64,000 bases of DNA from an uncultured virus (IMG/VR IMGVR_UViG_3300021400_000004). Taxonomy: Duplodnaviria; Heunggongvirae; Uroviricota; Caudoviricetes. The notes beneath the pieces are model-generated. The model saw nothing but the letters and a program-made list of their open reading frames with translations. It searched no databases and was not told the origin of the DNA. Below are positions 20,829 to 31,925 of the stretch, piece by piece. Each line of letters begins with the position of its first letter. Position 1 is the first letter of the stretch. The stretch lies in IMG/VR virus record IMGVR_UViG_3300021400_000004. One strand, written 5' to 3'. The translations under genes and the position numbers were made by a program.

Positions 20829-21751
20829 TAATTTAAGTTTCCTTTCGTTCCATTATAACCAAAAGTATCTGCTTGGTATAATTCAATAAAATATTTTTCT
20901 TTTTCGTTTAAATCTTTTTGACTACATTCTTCTATTAATTCAAAAGTAAAGTTTTCCAATCCATATTCTTGAATAGCTTTATATAATTTATTACCTTGCG
21001 GTGTATCTATACCTAAACCGCACTTACAATGATCTGACCATCGTCTATAAATATCATTAGACTGACCTATATAACATTCATCAGTAATGATATTTGTGAT
21101 TTTATATATTCCACATCTTGTTTTAGCTTGTAAAATTTGTGGAAATTGTTTTTTTGCAATAGGTTGCCAATAGGTTTGCCACACCAACATACTTAAGATA
21201 CGAGGTTTATTAAGTTCTCTTTTTACAATTTCAAGTCTGCGGGCGTCTGCTAAATCAGAATCAGAAGGTAACAATCTATAATTATCTTTATTTTCTTTTA
21301 CTTCTTGCTCTTTTAAAAGAGCTTCATGTGCGGCGGCCCGTGTCTGTTTCATTTTATCAAGTTCCATGGTAGTTTCAGACAGCTGTTCCCGCAACGTGTC
21401 TATTTTATAATCAAATTCTTCTTCGATTTGATTATATTTATTATCTAAATTTTTTACATATTCTTGAAATGCAAGATCTGAAATTTCTTTATTTTGTTCT
21501 ATTGTATCATTTAGACTATTTCTTTTTTTATGTATTATATCATCTAATTCATTGTTTTCATATTTTAATCTATTATTATCTATATTTAATTGTTTTACAT
21601 TATTTTCTAATTCAGCTTGCATTATTTTTAATTTATTATTTTCTTCTATTGCTTTTTTATCTACTTCTATTTTATGATTATTCTTAATTGTTAAAGAAAT
21701 ACAAAATAGTAATAGAATCATAATAATAAAAATTAATAATCCTATAATCAT
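20828..21751 (-). CDS. Membrane-anchored coiled-coil protein with a C-terminal GIY-YIG domain
   Basis: Hydrophobic N-terminal helix, long heptad region, CGIYKITN...CYIGQS. Confidence 0.75.
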   Translation of the reverse strand: MIIGLLIFIIMILLLFCISLTIKNNHKIEVDKKAIEENNKLKIMQAELENNVKQLNIDNNRLKYENNELDDIIHKKRNSLNDTIEQNKEISDLAFQEYVKNLDNKYNQIEEEFDYKIDTLREQLSETTMELDKMKQTRAAAHEALLKEQEVKENKDNYRLLPSDSDLADARRLEIVKRELNKPRILSMLVWQTYWQPIAKKQFPQILQAKTRCGIYKITNIITDECYIGQSNDIYRRWSDHCKCGLGIDTPQGNKLYKAIQEYGLENFTFELIEECSQKDLNEKEKYFIELYQADTFGYNGTKGNLN

Positions 21752-21823
21752 GCAAACTCCTTTTAGTTAAAATAAAAGAGTAGACTTAAAATTGCCTACT
21801 CTTTTATTTTCAAACAGTAATAA

Positions 21824-22150
21824 TTACTGAGCATTCTTTGCTGCGATCTTAGCCTGTGCTATAGCAAGCTCTTCTGCCTCAATGGACTCTACTGTAGACT
21901 CACGTCCCTTGTCTGTAAGCTGAATAAACTTAACTGCCTTTGGCATTACATTACCATTCTCATCTGCTACTTCGATAGAACCCGGTACTCTAACTGCATA
22001 ATCCTTACCAGCTCTGCACAGAGCAGCTGTTATAATACCATTAACTGACTTAATAGGAAGTCCAGTTGCTTCAGCAATATCAGGTGCTGTAATATTCTCT
22101 GATTCATGCTCCTTAATATAATTGAATACGATCTTTGTGTTCTCTTTCAT
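21824..22150 (-). CDS. HTH DNA-binding protein
   Basis: ITAPDIAEATGLPIKSVNGII; has its own promoter and a downstream terminator (21772-21806). Confidence 0.65.
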   Translation of the reverse strand: MKENTKIVFNYIKEHESENITAPDIAEATGLPIKSVNGIITAALCRAGKDYAVRVPGSIEVADENGNVMPKAVKFIQLTDKGRESTVESIEAEELAIAQAKIAAKNAQ

Positions 22151-22251
22151 TTGTTTTTTCTCCTTGTACTTTTAAATTTTTTTATTATAAAGTGTATTAT
22201 TTTTAACACCTTTATTTTATATATATATTATATAAAAAATTTTTATATTTT

Positions 22252-22651
22252 TCAACTGTGCTTAATATAATGCTCAGTTATATATTCATCAATCAAAAGT
22301 AAATCTACATAATTACAATTTTGAATATAGGTATTGATTAATGACATTTTTTCTTTTTCTGATAAAGAAGTATCAGATTCAACTTTCCATATATGATCAG
22401 CTTTTCTTATAATAAAATCTTGTTTATTTTTGTCCATATAAATAATCTCCCCATCCTATTATATCACCTTCATAAAATATTATTGGATCTCCTTCAATGC
22501 ATTCTCCTCTAATAATACTTCCTCTATATAAATTAGTCGTTAAAGTACCTATACAAGTATATAATTTATTATTATACTTTAACAAAAAATGAATACGTTT
22601 ATTAATGGGGCAATCATTTATATTATTATTCCAATAAACTGTTTTAAACAT
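22252..22651 (-). CDS. Two small hypothetical proteins (22252-22437, 22424-22651)
   Basis: Overlapping ORFs coupled to the end of ligA. Confidence 0.5.
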
Positions 22652-24614
22652 TATTTATAATCTCCATTAATTGTTCTTCTGTTATAATAGGAATATTTAA
22701 TTCTTTAGCTCTTTTGTTTTTTGCAGAAGTGCTGGTTATATCATTATTTACAAGATAACTTGTTTTTGAAGTTACTGAACTACTTACTTTTCCACCTGCT
22801 GCTTCAATAACTTTAATTAATTCATCTCTATTTTTAAAATTTTGAAGTTTTCCAGTTATTACAAAAATCTTATTATCTAATTTAACAGAATTGTCCAAAG
22901 GCACTTCAATTTTAAAAGTAATGTATTCTACGATGGCATCGGCTTCAGAATAGTCAAAATCATGTAAAGCTTTATTCATTTCATATCCAAATCCACTCCA
23001 TTTTGTAAAATCAAAATTTGTATCTATTAATTCTTTAAAATCTTTCCAAGTTTCTACTTTTTCACATATTTGTTTTGATACGCGGGAGCCAACTAAAGGT
23101 ATTCCTAATCCAGATATAAATGCGGAAAGAGACGCTTCTGCAAGTCTATCATCAATAGCTTTAAGTATTTTATCTACTGATGCTTGACCAAAACCTGGTT
23201 TATTAATCCATTCTGAACGATGCTCTTTTAATTTAGGAATATCTGTTATATCATTAACCCATTCCCAATCTATAAGTTTCTCAAGAGTTTTTTCTGAAAG
23301 TCCTTTAATATCAAGACCTTTCTTTCCACAGAAATGGTCAAGTCTATTTATAAGTTTACCTTCACACTGCGGATTCGTACATATAAGATTTTCAACTCCA
23401 TCTGCGGAAGTCTGTATTGCGGTTGCCGCTTGACATATTGGACAAAACTCTGGGTTATCATTTGCGGACGCCCCATTATGTTTTACAACTTCGTCCCATG
23501 TAAATTTAGGACCAGCTTCTGCGATCTGAGGTATAATCATGTTCGCTTTAAATACTTTTAAAGGTTCTCCAATATAAGCACAATCTCCAAGCGTTTCGCG
23601 CATTACACTATAATTATGTAAACTTGCTCTTTCTACTGTTCCATCTATTTCAATAGGTTCAAATATTGCAACTGGAGTCAATACACCAGTTCTACCCATA
23701 GACCACTCAATCCATTTTAATTTAGTTTCATATGTTTCATCATAAAATTTATATGCAAGCCCGCCTTTAAAATGATGGTCTGTTCTGCCTGCCGCCTCAT
23801 ATTCATCTATATTATTATATTTAAATACAACTCCATCAATAGGGTAATATCCTTCACTTCTATGTTTAATTACCTTTATTTCTTTTTCAATTTCATTTTC
23901 TCCATAAATCCAAGGAATTACTTCAAAATTTAATGTTTGAAGAAAATTTAGTTTTAAACTTAATGACTTTACAAGTTTAAATATTCCATCAATATCTATT
24001 AAATCCCATGCAACAAAAGTTAAATCTCTTGCACGACATTCTTTTGAGTCAAGCAATCTAATACTACCTGAAGCAAAATTTCTTGGATTTTTATATTCAT
24101 CTTTCCATTTTTCAAAATCTGAATAAGTGCAAATTATTTCACCATCAACGACTATATTATCTTTTTCATCAATTCTCTTTGGAATAGAAGGAATTACAAG
24201 AGCATTATGAGTTATATCTTCTCCTTCGATTCCATTACCACGAGTCTCTGCGCGAACCAGCTTTCCGCCCTCATAATATAAACTGCAAGTAAGACCATCC
24301 ATCTTACTCATAACAATATAATCTTTCCCCTTAACAAAATTCTCAACTTCTTCTATTTCTTTTGTTTTATTAAGAGAAAGCATTGGATGATTATGTTTAA
24401 CTTTCTTTAATTCATTTACAACCTGATAATCAATTTTCTGAAGAGGAGAGTCAGGATCAATATCGTCAAAAAAATGTTCATATTTTTGTACTTCAAAATA
24501 TATGTCATCCCACTCTTTATCAGAGACAGTTGGATGTCCTTCGTCATACTCTTTTGTTCTATTATTAAGCCATTTTACAGCTGCATGATAATCTTTACTG
24601 CTCATACAATACAT
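22644..24614 (-). CDS. ligA: NAD-dependent DNA ligase
   Basis: HPMLSL, KMDG adenylation motif, TRGNG, IDGVV, zinc finger CPIC...CTNPQC, BRCT domain. Confidence 0.95.
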   Translation of the reverse strand: MYCMSSKDYHAAVKWLNNRTKEYDEGHPTVSDKEWDDIYFEVQKYEHFFDDIDPDSPLQKIDYQVVNELKKVKHNHPMLSLNKTKEIEEVENFVKGKDYIVMSKMDGLTCSLYYEGGKLVRAETRGNGIEGEDITHNALVIPSIPKRIDEKDNIVVDGEIICTYSDFEKWKDEYKNPRNFASGSIRLLDSKECRARDLTFVAWDLIDIDGIFKLVKSLSLKLNFLQTLNFEVIPWIYGENEIEKEIKVIKHRSEGYYPIDGVVFKYNNIDEYEAAGRTDHHFKGGLAYKFYDETYETKLKWIEWSMGRTGVLTPVAIFEPIEIDGTVERASLHNYSVMRETLGDCAYIGEPLKVFKANMIIPQIAEAGPKFTWDEVVKHNGASANDNPEFCPICQAATAIQTSADGVENLICTNPQCEGKLINRLDHFCGKKGLDIKGLSEKTLEKLIDWEWVNDITDIPKLKEHRSEWINKPGFGQASVDKILKAIDDRLAEASLSAFISGLGIPLVGSRVSKQICEKVETWKDFKELIDTNFDFTKWSGFGYEMNKALHDFDYSEADAIVEYITFKIEVPLDNSVKLDNKIFVITGKLQNFKNRDELIKVIEAAGGKVSSSVTSKTSYLVNNDITSTSAKNKRAKELNIPIITEEQLMEIINNV

Positions 24615-25599
24615 TAGTAATCCCTCTTTCTTATTTTAATATTTGTATAATTCCTTATTTTTTCTTCCCATCTTTCAACTGCTTCTTTATACCCATTTCC
24701 ATATGGTATATCACAAATATTATTAACTTTATATTTAACTAAAACTTCTTCTACTGATAAAGCATAAAATTCTCTCATTAAATTATGAGATATTCTATTA
24801 TCATACCATCCCATACGTCTTTCAATACTTGTTGGCATAGTATATTGATCTGTTTCTTCAAAACGTCTTTCAATCATTTATATCACTTTCCTTTCTAAAA
24901 ATTCTTTTTTGTATAATGTATCTGTAATATAGCTTTTAACTCCATATAACAATCAAAACAATAATCAAGCGTTTGAGTGCTATTATTAAAATCATTTTGA
25001 TACACTGGTATTGTTAATCTATAAAATTCTTTTGGTGTATTAGTCATTTTCCCGCATATATCACAAATACAACCAAATTGATTTCTTGCCATTTTTATCC
25101 TCCTATTTGCTGTTGCGGATGTATTGGGGCGTGCTTATTCATTTTTGCTGTTTCTATATTTCCTGTACTTGTTGTATATACCGTGGTTTTTTGTTCTCCT
25201 CCACAATAATAACACATTGGTGTATATGGAGAATATACTCTTCCACATGTTGGACATACCCATCCTTGTGGAGTCATAATTAAGAATTCATTTATCATAT
25301 TTATCACCTTCTTATTACCATTGAATTAAATGATATATATTTAAAATATCATTATTATCTATTTCTACAATATCTTCATTATCTATATTAATAACAATAT
25401 ATCCTTCTGTTTTAAGTATTTCACAAACAATAGGCATTAAATGTATATTAACATAACACTGCCTTAAACCTTTATTAGCAGCTTCTTTAATTAATATATT
25501 TACTATTTCTATTTCATCATTTATTTCACCTTTGTTTAATTCTGAAATTCTTTTTGCTTCTTGTATTTTTATTAATTTCATATTTATTACCTCTTTCAT
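24614..25599 (-). CDS. Four small hypothetical proteins (24614-24877, 24895-25092, 25095-25307, 25315-25599), two with CxxC zinc ribbons
   Basis: Tightly packed ORFs with RBSs after a sigma-A promoter (~25603-25643). Confidence 0.55.
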
Positions 25600-25671
25600 T
25601 TACTTTCTATAAATATTATAACAAAAATTTTAATAAAATGCAAAAAAGAGGAGCTAATGCTCCTCTTTATA

Positions 25672-28002
25672 TTATAACTTAATAACTCTCTCAATTTTAC
25701 TTCCATTTACTACCTGAACACCTGCGGCGGTGCGCCCCATGACGTTTATATCCTTAGCCTCTATACAGATGGAGTTTGGTCTTCCGATGATAAACAAGCT
25801 ATCGCTGTCGTCGATAAGGGCAGCTCCAGCCACTGCGCTTTCTGAAATAATGACTCCGACTCCTCCTCTGTTTTGTAATGGTATGTCTGAGATCTTAACT
25901 CGTTTACCCAGTCCAGATGTGGTAAAAATGCCAACATCATTATTTTGTCGTTGAGAGATAGGTAACCCCACAAGAATTTCGTCACCTTCCTTTAATTTAA
26001 TAGCTTTAACACCCGCAGCAACTCTACCAATAGGAGCAATATCTTTAGTTTCAAATTTAATTGCCATACCGTTTTTAGTAAGTACAATTACATTTTCTTC
26101 ATCTAATAAAGTTACATTTGCAAGAGAATCGCCTTCTTTAAACTTGATAGCCTGAATACCGGTTGTTTTCTTTGTACTTTTAAATTCATCTAATTTAGTT
26201 TTCTTTATTAAACCATTCTTTGTAAAGAATACAACATATTTAGCGTCTGTCTTTCTAAACTGAGAAGTTACATATAAAATCTTTTCTCCCATATTTAATT
26301 TAAGTAAAGTTGCTAAATTAGTACCTTTAGATGCATTGGTTCCCGCAGGTACATTATCAACCAACATTCTAAACATTCTACCTTCTGATGTAAAGATAAG
26401 TAATGTATCAATAGTATTAGTTGATATAGATGATAATATTGCATCATCTTGTGTTTTAACACCCTTACCATTTCTGCGTTGAACTTTAAAGGAAGTTTTT
26501 GGAACTCTTTTGATGTCTCCGGACTGAGTACATATAACTACTACGTCCTCAGGTTCAACTAGCTCTATTTCTTTTTCTTCTTTTGGTACTTCAATTTGCG
26601 CGAGCTGTGTCCTGCGCTCATCACCATACTTTCTAACAATTTCATTAAGTCTACTATGAAGTTCTTTTATTTGTGTTAGCTCATCTATAATAAGATATTC
26701 AAGTCTTTCTATATTTTTCTTTAAATCTTCTTTTTCATTTTCAAGTTTTACACCTTCCAATTTAGCAAGAGAAGAAAGTTTCATATTAAGAATAGCTGTT
26801 ACTTGATTATCTGTAAATCCATATTTCTTTATGAGAGCTTCTTTTGCGGCAGCCGCACTTTCAGACTTCTTAATCATAGAGATAATATTATCAATATCTG
26901 CTAAAGCTATAAGTAATCCTTCAACTACTTCAAGTCGTGCAAGCGCCTTGTCTCTATCAAATTTTGCTTCACGTTTAATACACTCTATATTATGGTCTAC
27001 ATAAATCTTAATACAATCTTTAAGATTTAATTCAGTCGGTGTTTTTCCAACAAGACCAACCATATTATAAGAAAATGAAGTCTGCATATTTGTGTGAGCA
27101 TATATCTTATTTGCTATTGCATCCGGATTAGAACCTTTTTTACATTCTATTACAATTCTAATACCTTTTTTATTTGTTTCATCTCTTACATCATCAACAC
27201 CGTCAATTTTACCTTCTTCACAGGCTTTACCAATTTCAGCAATTAAACCTTCTATTGTCTGACCATAAGGGATTTCATAGAATACTATATTATTCTTTTC
27301 AATTTTATATAATCCTCTAATTTTAACAGAACCTTTACCAGTTCTCATTATATTAGGAATATCATTTTTATTAATAACCATACCACCAGTTGGGAAGTCT
27401 GGTCCAGGTAACATAGGTTCTTCTCCTCGGAGATATTGATCAATGGCTTCCGCAACTTCTCTTAAATTATGTGGCGCCCACTTACAAGCCATAGCAACAC
27501 CAATACCTTCATTTGGATTACAAAGAAGATTTGGAAAGATAGCTGGAAGAGTAACTGGCTCTTCATCTGATTCGTCATAAGTAGGTATAAAATCTACATT
27601 ATTCTTCTTTAATCCATTTAATAGTCCATCTTCTGAAATCTTAGCAAGGCGGGCTTCGGTGTAACGCATATGCGCAGGTCCATCCCCGGTAATATTACCA
27701 TTATTTCCATGAAAATCAATCAATGGATAACGCATAACCCAATCTTGAGACAATCTTACAAGTGCGCCATATATTGAACTATCACCATGCGGATGAAGAC
27801 TACCCATAACATCACCGACAATACGCGCAGCCTTAACATGAGCTTTATTGGATGTTCTGCCTGTTGAATACGCTCCATAAAGTATTCGTCTTGCAACAGG
27901 TTTCAATCCTGATTTTGCATCAGGAATCGACCTGTCAGTGTTGACAGCTACTGCATATTCTATAAAATTAGTACCTAATTCTTTTAATACATCATTCTGC
28001 AT
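25672..28002 (-). CDS. gyrA: DNA gyrase subunit A
   Basis: GLKPVARR, HPHGD, catalytic MRYTEAR, GyrA-box-like QRRNGKG and beta-pinwheel repeats; ATG at 28002 with GGAGG RBS. Confidence 0.93.
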   Translation of the reverse strand: MQNDVLKELGTNFIEYAVAVNTDRSIPDAKSGLKPVARRILYGAYSTGRTSNKAHVKAARIVGDVMGSLHPHGDSSIYGALVRLSQDWVMRYPLIDFHGNNGNITGDGPAHMRYTEARLAKISEDGLLNGLKKNNVDFIPTYDESDEEPVTLPAIFPNLLCNPNEGIGVAMACKWAPHNLREVAEAIDQYLRGEEPMLPGPDFPTGGMVINKNDIPNIMRTGKGSVKIRGLYKIEKNNIVFYEIPYGQTIEGLIAEIGKACEEGKIDGVDDVRDETNKKGIRIVIECKKGSNPDAIANKIYAHTNMQTSFSYNMVGLVGKTPTELNLKDCIKIYVDHNIECIKREAKFDRDKALARLEVVEGLLIALADIDNIISMIKKSESAAAAKEALIKKYGFTDNQVTAILNMKLSSLAKLEGVKLENEKEDLKKNIERLEYLIIDELTQIKELHSRLNEIVRKYGDERRTQLAQIEVPKEEKEIELVEPEDVVVICTQSGDIKRVPKTSFKVQRRNGKGVKTQDDAILSSISTNTIDTLLIFTSEGRMFRMLVDNVPAGTNASKGTNLATLLKLNMGEKILYVTSQFRKTDAKYVVFFTKNGLIKKTKLDEFKSTKKTTGIQAIKFKEGDSLANVTLLDEENVIVLTKNGMAIKFETKDIAPIGRVAAGVKAIKLKEGDEILVGLPISQRQNNDVGIFTTSGLGKRVKISDIPLQNRGGVGVIISESAVAGAALIDDSDSLFIIGRPNSICIEAKDINVMGRTAAGVQVVNGSKIERVIKL

Positions 28003-28397
28003 TATAAGTAGCCTCCTCACTATGTTTCTTAATATATTCTTTTCTAGCTACAACTCCAGTTCCCATTAATTGATCGAACAAAAGATCAGTAGCTTTAATA
28101 TCATTTACAGTAATTTGTTTTATAATTCTATTATCTGGGCTTGTGAGTGTTTCTTCTGTCTCTTCGACGTTCATCTCACCAAGACCCTTCATTCGCCCAA
28201 CCTGATACTTCTTTCCCTGATGTGTCTTACGATATTCTTCAAGAGCCTCATCATTTTTTAAATAAATATATTTATCTTTACCCTCTGTAATCTTATAAAG
28301 TGGCGGAACTCCCGCATACACATAACCTTCTTCTATAAGCTGTGGACAAAAATTCCATATAAAAGTATAAAATAAGTTTTTGATATGCGCTCCATCG
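27992..28397 (-). CDS. gyrB: DNA gyrase subunit B, exon 2
   Basis: (GT|C) DGAHIKNLFYTFIWNFCPQLIEEGYVYAGVPPLYK...RMKGLGEM; spliced product is 635 aa. Confidence 0.92.
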
Positions 28398-29457
28398 CGT
28401 GTTATTCTTATGTTTCCATAAGCACTGACTATCTTTTACTTCCATTAAGGAAGGAGACCATTTCGAACTGCGTATCAATAGCAGCCCTACTTCCCCGCCC
28501 ATAAGGCAAAGGGAATAGTCGATACAGGTTCAAATATTTATCCATTTCTTTTCTTTCTTTTTATAAATAGGAAGTTCTGAGTAATATCTACCCCATAATA
28601 TTTGTTGAAAAGTTTGAAAAGATACTTTATCTTTATAATCATTATAAATATTTTTTGCACTTTCATTTACATATCTTTGTCTTATTTTTATAACTTCTTC
28701 ATTTGTAAATTTAGCGCTTGTACCTTGTTCACCTTTACTTTGTTCTGTTTTATAATATTGTTTATTTTCTTCTGTAAATACTTCAGGCATTATATGTGAC
28801 CAACTTTTTCCTTGCCAAACTCTCTGAAAAGACTCAAAAGTTATTTTATCTTTATAATCTTGATATATTTCTTTTTGCTTTTTATGATTATTATAAGCTA
28901 TTCTAATCTTTTTTACATCTTCTTCAGTAAGTTTTGCATTTGGATTATGAGAACCTATTACATCTCTTAATCCACCATCAAATTTATTTCCAGAAGCTTT
29001 TGCATTTAATTTATTAACCCAATATTTTTCTCTTTCACTTAATTCTTCCACTCTACATTCTTCAAGAATTTCATAAGTAAAAGCATCAATACCTTTTTCT
29101 TTAATATAACCATCAAAAGGTATTCTTGATTGTTCATAAGTTTTTGTTTTATGTTCTTTAAATCGTCTTTCTATATCATTACTTTTACCAACATAAAACA
29201 TTTTTGGGTTTTCTTTTTCTGTTATTTTATATATTCCTATCATTTTTATTCTCCTTTAATACTTATTAAAAGAGAATGGATAAATATTTGTTTCCCACGG
29301 GATTTCCATATCTTTCGACTTAGGATTCCCCGTTAGCACTCTCATTCTCTTTTCTATTATATATGAATTTTATGTGTGACACATAAAACTCATTTGTCCT
29401 AGAAAAGTTGAGTACCCGCTTGATTAAGCGAAAAGTCTTTCATACGCCGTGTTACTG
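28398..29457 (-). mobile_element. Group I intron in gyrB (1060 nt)
   Basis: P1 pairs ACGU|C with GGCGU, placing a U-G pair at the splice site. Terminal G at 28398. P7 strands are ATCGACTAT and GATAGTCAG. Splicing restores the TOPRIM motif DADVDGAHI. Confidence 0.93.
28530..29243 (-). CDS. Intron-encoded GIY-YIG homing endonuclease
   Basis: MIGIYKIT...FYVGKS plus two NAKLTEEDVxxIR-type DNA-binding repeats. Confidence 0.88.
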   Translation of the reverse strand: MIGIYKITEKENPKMFYVGKSNDIERRFKEHKTKTYEQSRIPFDGYIKEKGIDAFTYEILEECRVEELSEREKYWVNKLNAKASGNKFDGGLRDVIGSHNPNAKLTEEDVKKIRIAYNNHKKQKEIYQDYKDKITFESFQRVWQGKSWSHIMPEVFTEENKQYYKTEQSKGEQGTSAKFTNEEVIKIRQRYVNESAKNIYNDYKDKVSFQTFQQILWGRYYSELPIYKKKEKKWINI

Positions 29458-30959
29458 ACGTCCGCATCGCTCATAATAATAATTTTACCATATCTTAAAT
29501 CATCTTCATCATAAGTAAGTTTCATTGTCTTTGGATCAGCTTTTAATCCAAACGCTTCAATCATTGTCATAATTTCAGCATTTTTCTTTATCTTTTCAAG
29601 AGTTGCTTTCTGAGTATTTAATATCTTACCTCTTACAGGCATCACGGCTTGATACTCATTATTACGAGCCATCTTTAAATTACCAGAGGCACTATCTCCC
29701 TCTGTTATATATATTTCACATTTCTTTCTATCTTTACTATAACAATCTGCAAGTTTACTATCAAACTTTAATGCCTTTTCTTTCTTTTTATTAAGACCAC
29801 GAGCAGTTTCTCTAGCTTTCTTAGCAGCTTCCCGCGCCTTCTTTGCATTTATAGCTTTATCTGCTATTGTTTTTATTTCTTTTTCATTTGTTTCTAACCA
29901 AACTCTTAAATTTTCTCCAAGAGCCTGAGTAAATATTGCAGTTTCAATCTTGGTTACACGTGACTTAACCTGAGCATCATATCCAACATTAGGAGCTGTC
30001 ATATTAAATACAATATACATTCCCTCTTGAATATCGTCACCTGTTAAGTTTTCATCTTTATCTTTTAACCACTTCTTATCTCTAAAGAACTTATTAAACT
30101 CTCTTGTAATAAGAGTTTTAAGCTGTGTTATATGTGGACCAGAATCTGTCAAGCCTGTATTCACATAAGGAACAATAGTAGATGAATAATTAGAAGTATA
30201 AGTTAATACCATATCCATCTTATACTTTCCTTCAACAAATTGCATATGAAATCTATTTTTAATAATTTCATTATCTTTAACTGCATCATCTACTAAATCA
30301 TTAAGTCCATGTTCTGAATAAAAATTTGTTGTTGTTCCATTATCATTTAATTCTATTGTTAAACCAGGACATAAACAAGATATTGTCTTAAATAATGACT
30401 TAATTTTATTTATTTCTACTTCTGTATGAGTAAAAAATTCTTCAGATGGCTGCCATTCAACGAATGTACCAGATAAATTCTTACTTGCATCGCTAACTTC
30501 TCTTTTATCAAAAATACCCTCTTTAAAAGATATTTTCTCAGCTTTACCATCTCTATATGTAATAACGTCAAGCCAATGAGATAAGAAAGTTGTTATTTTA
30601 CTACCAATACCAAAAGAGCCTAATGAAGTTCCTTCATAAGTTCCATCTTCTCTATATTTACCTGAAGTATTTAATACACTAAAAGCGGCTTCAAGAATTG
30701 TTGTACCATCATCTCTTTTTTCATTTACAAGAAAACCCTGACCATAATCTCGCACAGATATAATATCTTTATTAATATTAACTTCAATGCGGTCACCATG
30801 TCCAAGGCGGAATTCATCAACTGAATTAGATACTATTTCAACTAAAAGCTGTGTTGAATAAGTACAGTCACCTGCATATACCCCTGGCCTAAGTCGAGTG
30901 AATTGTAATGGAGAGAGTGATTCAATACTATCTTTAGTATATAATTTATTATCTGCCAT
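29458..30959 (-). CDS. gyrB: DNA gyrase subunit B, exon 1
   Basis: RLRPGVY, EIVSNSVDE (GHKL ATPase), TEGDSA, PVRGKILN, IMSDADV. Confidence 0.93.
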
Positions 30960-31057
30960 TTATTTTCTCCTTAATTTTTTATTTCTACGAATATTTTATC
31001 ATATTTTTTCAAAAAAGTCAAAAGAGAAGCAAATAAGCTTCTCTCGTAATTGCAAAA

Positions 31058-31525
31058 TTAAAAATCTTCAATTTTATTTTTTCGACATAAAGTTAAAAAT
31101 TTAGTCTTGTTTCCTGTTGCAAGAGCGTCAGCCAGTTCATTACCTAATATTCCATTATGTCCATTAACTTTAACAATAGTTATATTTTTTGCTAATTGTA
31201 AATAATGATATATTTCTTTTACTAAATCTATATTCTCTACTTTCCGCCCCTTACTATTCTTCCATTCATTATTAGCCCAATTCCATATCCAATTATTTAT
31301 CATATTTACACAATAGGCAGAATCAGAAAATATATTAATACTAAAATCAGCACAATAAAAATTTTTTAAAACATGAAGTATAGCTTTTAATTCTTCTCTA
31401 TTGTTTGTAGTATTATTACAATCTTCTGTATGTAAATATAAAATAAAATTATCATCTAAAGATATAACTCCGAATCCACCTGGGCCAGGATTACCTCTCG
31501 TACTTCCATCAGTATAAAAGTCCAT
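31058..31525 (-). CDS. rnhA: Ribonuclease HI
   Basis: YTDGSTRGNPGPGG, TNNREEL, SDSAY, GHNGILGNELADALA. Confidence 0.93.
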   Translation of the reverse strand: MDFYTDGSTRGNPGPGGFGVISLDDNFILYLHTEDCNNTTNNREELKAILHVLKNFYCADFSINIFSDSAYCVNMINNWIWNWANNEWKNSKGRKVENIDLVKEIYHYLQLAKNITIVKVNGHNGILGNELADALATGNKTKFLTLCRKNKIEDF

Positions 31526-31635
31526 ATTATATTTTCTCCATTTTTATTTCTTTTTTTAATTATATTAAAAATTTTATATAAAGTCAAGTAGACAAAAAAA
31601 TAGGAGATTTACTTAAAAGTAAATCTCCTAAAATA

Positions 31636-31911
31636 TTAACATTTTTCAGTAAATGATAAGCTAATCCATCCATCTTGTCCTTGTAGCTTTCCCCAATTAT
31701 CACTACCAGTGTCTTGAACTGCTTCTATAGTATATATTTCATTTCTATGGATAAGTCCAATCTTATCACTAAATAAACCAGGCTCTTTTCTGACTCTTAA
31801 TAAATCTGTATTAACTTTTATTTTATAAGGTTTAAAAGAAGTTTCTTCAGTTTTATTAAAAGTTATATCTTCTTCATCATCATCAAATAATGAAATATTT
31901 TTATTATTCAT
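31636..31911 (-). CDS. SH3b-domain protein
   Basis: LRVRKEPG...WGKL...GWISL; last gene of the lysis cassette, followed by a terminator (31600-31631). Confidence 0.75.
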   Translation of the reverse strand: MNNKNISLFDDDEEDITFNKTEETSFKPYKIKVNTDLLRVRKEPGLFSDKIGLIHRNEIYTIEAVQDTGSDNWGKLQGQDGWISLSFTEKC

Positions 31912-31925
31912 TTTGTTATCCCTCC

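Noticed and set aside
28293..28502. 69-aa minus-strand ORF
   Set aside because: It overlaps the intron core and gyrB exon 2 in another frame.
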